DNA from: Candidatus Poribacteria bacterium
Lineage (GTDB): Bacteria > Poribacteria > WGA-4E > PCPOR2b
Assembly (NCBI GenBank): GCA_965215015.1
Contig: OZ244042.1
Coordinates: 5,696,001-5,760,000, forward strand
Length of the DNA: 64,000 bases
Direction of reading: 5' to 3'
In this document: in pieces, positions 1 through 9,734 of the stretch
Position numbering within the stretch: position 1 is the first letter of the stretch
Layout of the letters: each line of letters begins with the position of its first letter
The notes under the pieces: generated by a model
Told to the model about the DNA's origin: nothing
The model's input: only the letters and a program-made list of their open reading frames with translations
Databases searched by the model: none
Position numbers and translations under genes: made by a program

Positions 1-55
1 TGGCAAGTATATTGATCCGGTTGAGGTGTATTCACAGGAAGTGTTAACAAAATGA
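1..55 (+). CDS. 3' end of an upstream gene (GKYIDPVEVYSQEVLTK*), possibly YidD-like
   Basis: Open frame from position 2 ends in TGA (53-55) overlapping the ATG at 52 (ATGA coupling). Identity is a guess from the terminal DPV motif. Confidence 0.3.
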   Translation, partial: GKYIDPVEVYSQEVLTK

Positions 56-915
56 TTCATCAGCACGCCATTTTTCTCATCGTACTCTGCTGCGTTTTTC
101 CCGCATTGATGGCAATTGCAGACGGTCCGCCAATTGATTATTATCAGTCTGAAAACGTCCGCAAGTTTGCGGATTACCTCTACACTCAAGGCGACTATCT
201 CCGCGCAGCGGGTGAATATCAGCGTTACCTCTTTTCTGAACCAACCCCTTTGGGGGACAACGTTTTACGCCGAATAGCTGATAGCTATCGTTTGGGTGGT
301 CAACCTGACCGTGCCGTTCAATTTCTCGAAACGCAATCCGATTCCAATTTGGCACGATATGAGTTAGGCGCGACCTACTTTTTGATGAAACAGTACGACG
401 AGTCCATCCGCTTTCTCAAAGAATCACAGGATCTGTTTCAGGGAGAAGAGTATCGCTGGAAGTCACAGATACTGATTGGCGTGAATAAGCTGATGCAGAA
501 GCGGTGGGAAAATTCGGTTCAACACTTCGACCAGTTTAACTTGAGTGGGCTGCCGGAGGCTGCTGGTCAGCGTGTGTCAATGTACAAAAAGTACGCCGAA
601 GATGGGAGAAACCTTCCGTCTAAAAGCCCACTGTTGGCAGGATTCTTCTCCACTGTGCTACCCGGTAGCGGCAGGGTCTATGTTGGACGTCCCAACGATG
701 CACTGTTCACTCTGTTCCTTCTGGGGGTATTGGGGTGGGGGGCTTACGACGGGTTTTCCGAAAATGGCGTTTCATCACGCAAGGGATGGACATTAGGGAC
801 GATTGGGGGTATTTTCTATCTCGGCAATATCTATGGCTCTGTCGTCGCAGCACAGGTGCATAATCGGCGAACGGAAGCAGCGTTTTTGGCGACAATCCCG
901 CTTGAGATTCCGTAG
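52..915 (+). CDS. TPR-repeat protein with C-terminal membrane segments (TM2-like)
   Basis: Signal peptide, TPR-like helices (YLRAAGEYQRYL; ARYELGATYF), then KSPLLAGFFSTVLPGSGRVYVG and hydrophobic helices. Confidence 0.65.
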   Translation: MIHQHAIFLIVLCCVFPALMAIADGPPIDYYQSENVRKFADYLYTQGDYLRAAGEYQRYLFSEPTPLGDNVLRRIADSYRLGGQPDRAVQFLETQSDSNLARYELGATYFLMKQYDESIRFLKESQDLFQGEEYRWKSQILIGVNKLMQKRWENSVQHFDQFNLSGLPEAAGQRVSMYKKYAEDGRNLPSKSPLLAGFFSTVLPGSGRVYVGRPNDALFTLFLLGVLGWGAYDGFSENGVSSRKGWTLGTIGGIFYLGNIYGSVVAAQVHNRRTEAAFLATIPLEIP

Positions 916-929
916 CCAAATCTCGGTTG

Positions 930-2030
930 TTACTGCTTGGATTCAAGCAGTGTAACCCCTGTGGTTCGGTCAAACAGATGTACCTTGGTTGGCTTAAAAC
1001 GGATTGGCACACAGTCGCCGCGGTCAATACGTGCCTCAGGGTGGGTTCGTGCCTTAAAAGTCACGCCCTCCAATTCCAATGTGAGAAACAGGTCGCTGCC
1101 CAACGGTTCTCGCACCACAACGGTGGCGTAGGCGGTGGGTGCCTCATGTGACAACACCTCAATATCTTCTGGCCGTACCCCGAGCTGTACCTCTGCCGAA
1201 GCGTTCTCAATCAGGCGTTGTGTCGGTGCAGGCGTAAATTCACAGGTATATCCTGCCCCCTTTACCAGCCACTGATCACTCCCGCCGTTTTGCAATTGAC
1301 CATCGAAGAAATTCATCGGTGGACTTCCCACAAAGCCAGCAATGAACGCATTAGCAGGTTGATTGTAAATTGCTTCAGGCGTTCCCAGCTGTTGAAGTTT
1401 ACCCTCATTGAGTACTACAATCCGATCCGACATGATGAGCGATTCCGCCTGGTCGTGTGTGACATAGACAAAGGTTTTTTTTAATTCAGCGTGCAGCCGC
1501 TTGAGCTCGGTGCGCATCGTCACACGCAATTTGGCGTCGAGATTGGACAGGGGTTCGTCGAGCAGAAACACATGGGCATTCCGGACGATGGCGCGCGCTA
1601 ATGCCACGCGTTGTCGCTGTCCCCCGCTGAGTTCACGCGGCTTCCTTTTAAGCAGATGATCAATCTCCATCGCCTTCGCCGCCTCCTGCACGAGCCGTTC
1701 AATCTCGTCCGTCGGTGTACGGCGCATCCGCAACCCAAAAGCGATGTTATCGTATACTCGCATGTGCGGGTATAGCGCGTAGGTTTGGAAAACCATTGCT
1801 ATATCGCGTCGTTCCGGTGGAACATCGGTTACATCGTCGTTGTCGAAAAACACCCGTCCGCTCGTCGGATCCTCTAGTCCTGCGATGATATTCAACGTTG
1901 TGGTCTTGCCACACCCCGACGGTCCCAGCAACGTCAAAAACTCGCGATCGACAATTTCTAGGGTCAGGTCGTCTACCGCAACGACCTCTCCAAAATGTTT
2001 CGTAAGATGCTCGATAACAACTTTTGCCAA
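930..2030 (-). CDS. Sugar ABC transporter ATP-binding protein (MalK/UgpC family)
   Basis: Walker A GPSGCGKTT, signature LSGGQRQR, LLDEPLSNLDAKLR, TOBE-like C-terminus. Likely TTG start at 2030 after GAGGAGG. Confidence 0.93.
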   Translation of the reverse strand: MAKVVIEHLTKHFGEVVAVDDLTLEIVDREFLTLLGPSGCGKTTTLNIIAGLEDPTSGRVFFDNDDVTDVPPERRDIAMVFQTYALYPHMRVYDNIAFGLRMRRTPTDEIERLVQEAAKAMEIDHLLKRKPRELSGGQRQRVALARAIVRNAHVFLLDEPLSNLDAKLRVTMRTELKRLHAELKKTFVYVTHDQAESLIMSDRIVVLNEGKLQQLGTPEAIYNQPANAFIAGFVGSPPMNFFDGQLQNGGSDQWLVKGAGYTCEFTPAPTQRLIENASAEVQLGVRPEDIEVLSHEAPTAYATVVVREPLGSDLFLTLELEGVTFKARTHPEARIDRGDCVPIRFKPTKVHLFDRTTGVTLLESKQ

Positions 2031-2078
2031 AAAATCCCTCCTCTTCTTTTCTTTGCGTTTTAGCACCCTTTTGCAAGG

Positions 2079-2936
2079 CTATCCCGTCACCGCGCCGCCA
2101 ATGCCGTGAATGATGAATCGTTGGAAGATGAACGCAAGGATAATGGGGAGCAGCACCACCAAAACCCCACCGGCGGCAATAATTGTAAAGTCGATTTGCA
2201 GCTCCTGTGCAAAGTCCGAGGCCACTACAGTCACGGGCTTTGAAAATATGGTAGAGGTGAACAAGAGGGCAAAGAAAAATTCCCCCCACGACGAGATAAA
2301 GGAGAAAATGCCCACCGCAATCATGCCGGGCGTTGTCACTGGCAGGAACACGCGGAACAGTGCACCGAGACGAGAGCATCCATCAACCCGCGCCGCGCGC
2401 TCCAAATCGAGCGGCACTGTCTGGAAATAGCCCTTGAGAATCCAGATAGTGAACGGTAGCGTAAAGGTGACATGGGCGAGAATAACCGCAATGTGGGTAT
2501 CTAACAAGCCGTAACTGCGCATGACGAGATACATCGGTATCATAATCGCCACCCCCGGCACACTGCGTGAACCCAGATAGAACAGCAACAGTGCGAGGTT
2601 ACCACCAAAATTCATCCGTGCCAGCGCGTACGCTGCGAGCGATCCGAAGAACAGATTGATAAACATCACCGTGCCTCCGATGATGAAGCTGTTGACGATC
2701 GCGCGCGGAAACTGCCGTGCGGTCGCCGCCCCGATTTCCGCACTGTCCCCGTATATACGGAAATACATCAGATAGTTTTCCAGCGTCGGGTCACGTGGAA
2801 TCCAATGCAGCTGAGTCGCTTCGCGTTCTTGCATGAAGCTAACCAACACAACCCACAAGTACGGTATTACAATATACAACGCCGCGATCAGCACAAGGAC
2901 ATATAAAATAGTTCGTTTGACAACTGCTCTATTCAC
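2079..2936 (-). CDS. Carbohydrate ABC transporter permease (MalG-like)
   Basis: Six hydrophobic segments; EAA-type loop LERAARVDGCS. Confidence 0.92.
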   Translation of the reverse strand: MNRAVVKRTILYVLVLIAALYIVIPYLWVVLVSFMQEREATQLHWIPRDPTLENYLMYFRIYGDSAEIGAATARQFPRAIVNSFIIGGTVMFINLFFGSLAAYALARMNFGGNLALLLFYLGSRSVPGVAIMIPMYLVMRSYGLLDTHIAVILAHVTFTLPFTIWILKGYFQTVPLDLERAARVDGCSRLGALFRVFLPVTTPGMIAVGIFSFISSWGEFFFALLFTSTIFSKPVTVVASDFAQELQIDFTIIAAGGVLVVLLPIILAFIFQRFIIHGIGGAVTG

Positions 2937-2948
2937 GAGATTCCTTTC

Positions 2949-3920
2949 TTAGCCCTGAACGGTGCCTCGACGATACAGCACTCGAATGTAAATAATCGCC
3001 AGCCCCATCGTGATGAGCGTAATCAGGTAGGAGTAGGCATTTGACCCGCCGAAGTTGAGGCGTCCGAAGGCTTCCTTGTAAGTCTGCCATGCGATGACAT
3101 AGGTTGCATCGCCAGGACCGCCCGCTGTCAGTGCGTAGATGATATCGAAGCCGCCGCGGAAAGCGTTCATCGTTTCAATGATAGCAACAATCATAATCGG
3201 GTGCAGCAGCCACGGCAGCGTGATGTGTTGGAAGCGACGCCATGCGGTCGCGCCGTCCACTTGCGCCGCGCGGTATTGCTCGCCGGGAATTGCCTGTAAC
3301 GCGGCCAAAAAGATAATACATGCAAATGGCACACTCCGCCAGACATGTGCGGCGATGGCGGCGTTGAGCGCGACAAACGGCGAAGCCATGCCTAGATACT
3401 CAATCTCAGCACCTGTCAGGCTATTGAACACCCCGACGAAATCGCCGATCATCTGGTTGAATGCGCCGTGTTCACCGAATAGCCCCGCCCACATCAAGCC
3501 GTTGACGATACCCGGCACCGCCCACGGAATCAATAACAGTGCGCGCGCAAGACCCCGCCCTTTGAATTGCTCATTGAACAGTACGGCAATACCTATCGCG
3601 ACAACGATAACCAACGCTACGGACATTCCTCCAAAATAGAGGGTAACACGCAGCGAATGCCAAAAATCGTAACTGGTTAATACGTCAATATAATTGCCCA
3701 GGCCGACGAAGGCGTACTCTTCTGGACGCCGCAGGTTGTAACGGTGTAGACTGGTCCACAATGACACAACAACCGGATATGCAATCAGCGCAAGGATGAG
3801 AATGACGCTCGGTACGTTGAGTAGATAGGCGAAAATGCGGTCGCCACGTTCTTTCGTCGTCAAGCCCGAAACGGTTTTGGGCTCTGCAACGGTTTCATCT
3901 TCCAAAGTGTTTTCACTCAC
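2949..3920 (-). CDS. Carbohydrate ABC transporter permease (MalF-like)
   Basis: FVGLGNY, LLLIPWAVP, YRAAQVDGAT...FQHITLP, LTAGGPG motifs. Confidence 0.92.
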   Translation of the reverse strand: MSENTLEDETVAEPKTVSGLTTKERGDRIFAYLLNVPSVILILALIAYPVVVSLWTSLHRYNLRRPEEYAFVGLGNYIDVLTSYDFWHSLRVTLYFGGMSVALVIVVAIGIAVLFNEQFKGRGLARALLLIPWAVPGIVNGLMWAGLFGEHGAFNQMIGDFVGVFNSLTGAEIEYLGMASPFVALNAAIAAHVWRSVPFACIIFLAALQAIPGEQYRAAQVDGATAWRRFQHITLPWLLHPIMIVAIIETMNAFRGGFDIIYALTAGGPGDATYVIAWQTYKEAFGRLNFGGSNAYSYLITLITMGLAIIYIRVLYRRGTVQG

Positions 3921-3941
3921 AGTTAAATTTCCTCATCAACT

Positions 3942-5315
3942 TTATGTCCACTCCTGCTTCAATTCCCGGCACCGCTTCGCAATCCGCGCTAGCCCATCGC
4001 GTGGAGACAATTGACGGATAAGAATCTTTTGGATTTCGGGCTGCGAATAGAAGTTGAAATCGGGATACCATGGGGCTCTGATATTTTCACGAATGCGTGC
4101 CACTGCCGACAATGCCCTTACCATCTCGATGTCGCCCCATAGTTCGGTTAGGTCAATAATTTCAGGGTCGTCAAGCAAGGACTTGAATGCGAAGCCCAAG
4201 CCCCGCACGCGATACCAATGCCGTGCTGTGTAATAGTCACCTGCCGCATCTTTGCCGCCCAGAAACTGCATTAACTGCCAAGCATCTAACAGGTACTCCT
4301 CACGGCAGTGGGTTGTTAAGCAGTACATCCGCGTCCAACCGAGCGTGCCATTTTGACCCGGTTCAAGGGAAGGAATGTAGGTCATTTTAAGGGGTTTCGC
4401 ATAGTGGGTCTCAGATTCTCGGATGCCCTGCGCCCGAAGATACGCTTCGGCGACAGCACTATTCTCGCGATTATTGACCCATTCCAAATTGTGCCGGGTA
4501 ATCATCGCAAACGCTTGACGCCCTGCTGCCAAATTTTCCAAAATCAGGGGCGAAGTCAGGGAGTTAATATCGATAATACGGTGCCTGTGGATACCGTCGA
4601 CAATCCACTGAAGGATTTTCTCCGCACATCGTCCTTCATCATCAGGAAAAATTGGGTTGAGCTCGTCATCAAACAAATCAATCTCAGAGGCGTAGTTCAA
4701 TGTCCACCAGTCCGTGAAACCGGTAACGGTCTGCCGAAAACCCAGCATAATCGGATACTCGACTAAATCGCCATCAGGACTGCGGACCCTCGCCTCTTTT
4801 ATTTTTCTCGCCTGTTCCGTCAATTCGTCCAGCGTCCGTGCTGCTTTCTCATACCCCGCTGCCTGCACCATCGACTCATTGTATGCCCATATCATAAAAT
4901 CCGCGTAATAGGGCAGCCCGTAGCGTTCCCCTTTGTAACTCATCGCCTCTAGGTTATAGTCAAAGATGTCGTCGCCGTATTCATCCGCTCCGGGCATACT
5001 TTCGTACGGACGGATCCACCCAGCCTCAATCCATTCAACAAAGTCATCATCGCGCACGTAGCAGCAGTCCATCGGTGTTTTGCCGACGAATAAAGCGACC
5101 ATTTTATCGTGGTAGTTGCCCGACACTGCCTCGTAGGCGACATCGATGTTTGACTGCTGCTCGAAATATTCAATGTTCTTACGCACCAGGTCCGGCTCAT
5201 AGGGCCAGCCTTTGAAAATGACGCCTTCGGGCGCATTCCGCCAGCAGCCTGCCATCAAGCCGGCACCTGCCAACGCCGATGTTTTGAGAAAATCACGCCG
5301 CGTTATACCTGCCAC
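3942..5315 (-). CDS. Extracellular solute-binding protein (family 1), Tat-exported lipoprotein
   Basis: TRRDFLK twin-arginine motif, lipobox LMAGC, YGLPYY motif; lies in the ABC operon. Confidence 0.88.
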   Translation of the reverse strand: MAGITRRDFLKTSALAGAGLMAGCWRNAPEGVIFKGWPYEPDLVRKNIEYFEQQSNIDVAYEAVSGNYHDKMVALFVGKTPMDCCYVRDDDFVEWIEAGWIRPYESMPGADEYGDDIFDYNLEAMSYKGERYGLPYYADFMIWAYNESMVQAAGYEKAARTLDELTEQARKIKEARVRSPDGDLVEYPIMLGFRQTVTGFTDWWTLNYASEIDLFDDELNPIFPDDEGRCAEKILQWIVDGIHRHRIIDINSLTSPLILENLAAGRQAFAMITRHNLEWVNNRENSAVAEAYLRAQGIRESETHYAKPLKMTYIPSLEPGQNGTLGWTRMYCLTTHCREEYLLDAWQLMQFLGGKDAAGDYYTARHWYRVRGLGFAFKSLLDDPEIIDLTELWGDIEMVRALSAVARIRENIRAPWYPDFNFYSQPEIQKILIRQLSPRDGLARIAKRCRELKQEWT

Positions 5316-5453
5316 TTCTCCCTTTCTCGCTCATAGTTTGTCAACCTTGTGGTCGAGATCTGAATCTCGACCTAACTAGGTTTTATAGTTTCTAGCAGGT
5401 CTCCTGACAGTTACTAAATTGACGCTAGCAACAGATCGATACGCTCTAGTGTA

Positions 5454-6827
5454 CTAGGTCCACTCCCGCTTGAATTCCTGACACCGTTTTGCCATCCGTC
5501 CGAGTCCATCGCGGGGAGATTGTTGACGCAGCAAAATTTTCTGGATCTCCGGCTGATAGTAAACATTGAAGTCAGGGAACCACGGGGCTTTAATGTTTTC
5601 CCGGATGCGAGCGACCTGCGATAGTTCTTTAACCAGCTTGATGTCCCCCCACTTCTCCGTCAACGCGACGATTTCAGGGTCATCCATCAGGGAGATGAAC
5701 GCGAATCCTAAGCCCCGGAGCTGGAACCAACGCCGCGCTGTGTAATAGTCACCAGTTGCATCCTTACCTCCGAGGAATTGCATCAACTTCCATCCTTCCA
5801 ACAGCTGATCTTCTTGACAGTGAGCCGTCAAGCTATACATCCGTGTCCATCCCAGCGTACCGTGCTGTCCGGGCTCAAGAGAAGGGAGACGCGCCATCTT
5901 GATCACCTTTGCATGAAGAGCTTCCGTTTCGGGGATGCCGCGTTGGTTCAGATATGTTTCAGAGACAGCGGAGTTTTCGCGATTGTTTATCCATTCTACG
6001 TCATATTTACTCATCAGGCAAAACGTCTGTCTACCCGCTGCAATGTTCTCCCGAATATCCGGCATTGTCAATGAATTGATGTCGATAATCCGGTGCTTGT
6101 GGATACCATCAACAATCCACTGAAGGATTTTCTCCGCCCGCCGCCCCTCATCGTCGGGAAAAATTGGGTTGAAATCATCGTCAAACAGATCGACCCCACT
6201 CGCGTAATTCAGTGCCCACCAGTCGCCGAAGCCGGTGACGTTCTGACGGAAGCCAAGCACAATTGGAGATTCGATAACATCCCCGTCGGGGGATTTCACC
6301 CGTGCCTCTTTGATTTTGATTGCTTGTTCGGTCAACTCTTCCAGTGTCTGCGCGGGTGCATCAAAGCCTGCTGCCTCAAGCATCTGCTCGTTATAGAGCC
6401 AGACAGTAAAGTCAGTATAATAGGGTAGGCCGTAGCGTCTACCCCCATAGGTCATGGCGTCGGAATTATAATCGAAGATATCTTCTAGATACTGGTCGGC
6501 ACCGGGCAGGTCGTCACAAGGACGCAGCCATCCCGCCTCGACCCACTCCGCCAAATCATCATCGCGCACGTAGCAGCAGTCCATCGGTGTTTTACCAACG
6601 AATAACGCAACCATCTTATCGTGGTAGTTACCCGATATGGCCTCGTAGGCAACTTCGACATTCGATTGCCGCTCGAAATATTCGATATTTTCGCGCACGA
6701 GGTCCGGCTCATAGGGCCAGCCTTTGAAAATGACGCCTTCGGGCTTTTTCCGCAGGCAGCCTGTCATCAAGCCAGCACCTGCCAACGCCGATGTTTTGAG
6801 AAAATCGCGCCGCGTGATTCCTTTCAC
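5454..6827 (-). CDS. Extracellular solute-binding protein (family 1), Tat lipoprotein; paralog of 3942-5315
   Basis: Likely GTG start at 6827 after GGAGG; TRRDFLK, LMTGC lipobox; colinear with and highly similar to the downstream SBP. Confidence 0.88.
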   Translation of the reverse strand: MKGITRRDFLKTSALAGAGLMTGCLRKKPEGVIFKGWPYEPDLVRENIEYFERQSNVEVAYEAISGNYHDKMVALFVGKTPMDCCYVRDDDLAEWVEAGWLRPCDDLPGADQYLEDIFDYNSDAMTYGGRRYGLPYYTDFTVWLYNEQMLEAAGFDAPAQTLEELTEQAIKIKEARVKSPDGDVIESPIVLGFRQNVTGFGDWWALNYASGVDLFDDDFNPIFPDDEGRRAEKILQWIVDGIHKHRIIDINSLTMPDIRENIAAGRQTFCLMSKYDVEWINNRENSAVSETYLNQRGIPETEALHAKVIKMARLPSLEPGQHGTLGWTRMYSLTAHCQEDQLLEGWKLMQFLGGKDATGDYYTARRWFQLRGLGFAFISLMDDPEIVALTEKWGDIKLVKELSQVARIRENIKAPWFPDFNVYYQPEIQKILLRQQSPRDGLGRMAKRCQEFKREWT

Positions 6828-6864
6828 CTCTGTCCTCCGGTTGTTGATTTGCTTTCCGAGTGCA

Positions 6865-6893
6865 ATTTTAGCCGATTTCTCGTTTCTTGTCAA
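6865..6893 (-). promoter_or_regulatory. Sigma70-type promoter of the ABC operon
   Basis: On the minus strand: TTGACA-17 nt-TAAAAT, about 40 nt upstream of the SBP start. Confidence 0.6.
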
Positions 6894-6999
6894 GGATTGT
6901 CTTCTAATTTATAAATTGGGATTCCGTGAGGCAATTTGCAAGGATTTTGGATCTGTCGATATTCCATTTGAGGGGTGCTCATTATTCAATGCGTGTACT

Positions 7000-7230
7000 C
7001 GCTCGATTTGGGCAAGGTCGCCTTGGCCAATTGTCGGGGCGAGGTCTCCTCGCTCAACGGGTAAGGGTTGGGAGAACCAACCCCTACCTACGAATTGTTA
7101 AGATTTAATAGATTTCTAATTAGCAGTAGCAAAATGTCAACACGCCCTGCCTATCGACACAATCGCATCGTTGACAAGCAGAACAAAGGGATTAGGTTTA
7201 ACCGTTCAACCCAACCTACGCCCACCCCTC
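7000..7230. repeat. Cluster of REP-like short palindromes
   Basis: Imperfect hairpins gggcgaggtctcctcgctc, gggttgggagaaccaacccctac and caacccaacctac in a non-coding region. Confidence 0.4.
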
Positions 7231-7650
7231 AGGTCCCAATATGTCACACGGCAGGGTCCTAAAAAAGCGGAGAACGAGAAAGCGAGAATTGTATAATAAC
7301 TCCTTTCTCGGGTAGATGGGGTCAGGTGTTGATGGTTATCCTGTGAATCCGTAAATCCAAACCCCCAGACTATTGCACAACCGCGCGACGGTGCGGGTAT
7401 CTGCTCGATTCCGATAATAATTCGTGCAATTCGCTTCATCTGCTGAATCCGTGATTCAGGCAATAATTATGAGCACGCCTCATTTAATCGAATTATCCAA
7501 CCCAACATAATATTACATTTCTTTAATACTTTTAACAAATTTGTGTTTTTTTGATCGACAAGCACTTGCATTTTTGATAAATTAAATTATATAAGAGGTA
7601 TTGTAATCAACAATACTAACCAACTCAGGAAACTGAGAATGATTAACAAA

Positions 7651-7743
7651 CCTATCCTGTAAGTCAAATGGGAAGCCCGGTGCAATCTCCAGGCTACTCC
7701 ATAGGGTTTTCCGGATAGACACCTTAATAATTATGGAGGATAA
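7651..7743 (+). ncRNA. Candidate compact (class II-like) cobalamin riboswitch sequestering the RBS
   Basis: GTC-AAATGGGAA-GCCCGG-TGCAATCT-CCAGGC (J3/4 plus T-loop stem), loop CTCCA (7697-7701), GG-TTTT-CC, GGATA-GAC-ACC, then hairpin TTAT-GGAGG-ATAA with the SD in the loop. CTCCATA (7697-7703) is complementary to TATGGAG (7732-7738). Recognised by eye only. Confidence 0.45.
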
Positions 7744-7747
7744 GACA

Positions 7748-8674
7748 ATGTTACGGATAAAAGTATCTTTAATCCTTATAACGCTCCTTGCTATTGGAGC
7801 CATTTGGAGCTTACCCTCAACCGTCGAGGCCCGTGATGTCACATTCCTAGTGTTTAACAACTCGCCCGACGCCTGGGGCGTTTGGGGACCGCCCGCCCGA
7901 GATCCTGCTACATTCGATGGCGGAAAAATTAAAACCGCACTTCAAGGTTTGTGGTACGAGGCAATCTTTAAGCAGTTTGGCTTTACAGAAGGTCAGGACT
8001 ATTTAGAAATCGTTGGTAACGATGTCCCAAAATTTGACAAGGAAATTTGGAGTGGCAAGTGGGATGTCATCGTATTCAGCTACCATATTTGGCGGGATAG
8101 CCCTGAGTTACAGGCATGGATTCAGGACAACGGCAAAAGACTCAAGGAGTTCATGGACGAAGGCCATGGCGTTATCAGCACCGGTGGCAGGGATCCCGAG
8201 GATCGACCGTTAGTAGCCCTGTGGGACGAAATGGACAAGGCACTGGCTGGATTCCCTGTGGCGGATAAATGCTGTCTTGCGTATGTCCCGGACACCCCAT
8301 TGACCAAAGACATGGTGGGCGGCATTATTGATACCTCGAAGTCTCCAGATCCGACCTTCGTGGGGGACGGGGATTTCCCCGGTTACGATAGAAGTAAACT
8401 GCCGGGGCACGCTAATGTGGCAGCCGAAGATATCGGCGATCCTAATATTGCCATTATTGTCTATGGAAGAGTTCAAAGAGGGGCTTATGTTCTGAGTGGT
8501 AGTGCCGAAATTACCAATATGAACATGGGCTTTGGCCAAAAGGAGCTTGGGGCAGGAAATTCATGGCTGCTCTGGCGGAACATGATCGATTGGTTTGAAG
8601 ATGCAAACCTTCGGGCAGTGAATCCGAAGGCAAAGCTCCCTATGACTTGGGCGCAGATCAAGGCCGGTCGATAG
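7748..8674 (+). CDS. Secreted protein of unknown function with C-terminal AVNPKAKLPMTWAQIK motif
   Basis: ATG 7748 after GGAGG; signal peptide ending VEA. WDVIVFSY...LKEFMDEGHGVIS hints at a class I glutamine amidotransferase-like fold (weak). Confidence 0.7.
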   Translation: MLRIKVSLILITLLAIGAIWSLPSTVEARDVTFLVFNNSPDAWGVWGPPARDPATFDGGKIKTALQGLWYEAIFKQFGFTEGQDYLEIVGNDVPKFDKEIWSGKWDVIVFSYHIWRDSPELQAWIQDNGKRLKEFMDEGHGVISTGGRDPEDRPLVALWDEMDKALAGFPVADKCCLAYVPDTPLTKDMVGGIIDTSKSPDPTFVGDGDFPGYDRSKLPGHANVAAEDIGDPNIAIIVYGRVQRGAYVLSGSAEITNMNMGFGQKELGAGNSWLLWRNMIDWFEDANLRAVNPKAKLPMTWAQIKAGR

Positions 8675-8698
8675 ACAATAATTGTCAACCTAATACTT

Positions 8699-8720
8699 GG
8701 GGCAAGTTAGACTTGCCCCC
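8699..8720. other. Intergenic hairpin GGGGCAAGT-TAG-ACTTGCCCC
   Basis: Perfect 9-bp inverted repeat between the first two array genes; no clear U-tract, so possibly an mRNA stabiliser or operator. Confidence 0.45.
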
Positions 8721-8779
8721 TTCCCACAACTTTTATAAGCATCAAAGGAGGATAGCTAAAAAACCAAGGAGGGATTATT

Positions 8780-9646
8780 ATGTCTCGCACTATTTTATTA
8801 TTCCTAGTTGGCATCTCATTAATTTATTTGTTCTCAATAGATGCGGATGCCAAAGTCCTCGGCTACTGGACGTTTGACGACCAAAAGAAGGTCGGGGAGG
8901 ATTTGTCAAACTTCGGTAACGATGGAGAGATAAAGGCAGGTGCTTGGACACGACAGGGAAAGGTCGGCGGTGCCTTGAACCTAACAGGTGGAGGAGACCA
9001 AGCACCGCACTATTTTGAGGTGCCCCATGACGATAGCCTGAATGTCAAGGACCAGGTGACCTTAATGTGTTGGATCAGTTTTAGTGGACCCGGGGAAGAA
9101 CAGAGTTTAATTTATAAAAATGGGCCCTTTATACTGGAAGGCGATAAGAAAGATCGAACGTTTTGGTCCTCTTACGCATTGGTCAAGTGGCGTGATAGAT
9201 GTGCCTGCGGCACTTTTGGGTTCGATGCGAACACAGAAGGTGGCCGATCGGCGGTGCTGCCTGGGGATCCACTAATTCCCGAAGCAAATGCTTGGCACCA
9301 CGTTGCCGCAGTGGCAGACGGCACCGAAATTAAAATCTACCGAGACGGTAAAGAGCGAGCAAAAGGGGCACAACGGGGTCCGTTTAAAAATTCCGAGCAG
9401 GTTTTGACAATTGGTTACGATCACCGCGTTCCGGTGGACCGTGTCGGTGGTGCGAGACGGCACCTGCGAGGCACCATAGATGAAGTGATGATTCTCGATG
9501 TGGCACTGACCCCGGACCAGGTTCAAGAGGCATTTAATCTCGGTGAAAAAGGGAAGTCCCTCACCGACATGGTAGAGATTTTTTCGGTCGAAGCCGAAGG
9601 TAAATTAGCCACGCAGTGGGGCGCGATTAAATCAAGAAGACAATAA
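8780..9646 (+). CDS. Secreted LamG/ConA-like domain protein, array copy 1
   Basis: Signal peptide ending ADA; YWTFD, GKVGGAL, VPHDDSLN, TLMCW, WHHVAAV.DG, IDEV motifs; tail FSVEAEGKLATQWGAIK. Confidence 0.88.
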   Translation: MSRTILLFLVGISLIYLFSIDADAKVLGYWTFDDQKKVGEDLSNFGNDGEIKAGAWTRQGKVGGALNLTGGGDQAPHYFEVPHDDSLNVKDQVTLMCWISFSGPGEEQSLIYKNGPFILEGDKKDRTFWSSYALVKWRDRCACGTFGFDANTEGGRSAVLPGDPLIPEANAWHHVAAVADGTEIKIYRDGKERAKGAQRGPFKNSEQVLTIGYDHRVPVDRVGGARRHLRGTIDEVMILDVALTPDQVQEAFNLGEKGKSLTDMVEIFSVEAEGKLATQWGAIKSRRQ

Positions 9647-9734
9647 ACGCCTTTCGCGCTGCACAAATATGATTCTATATCCACAATCTGTATTGTGATG
9701 GATAATGGATTTTTTGGCAAAAGGAGGGCTATTT

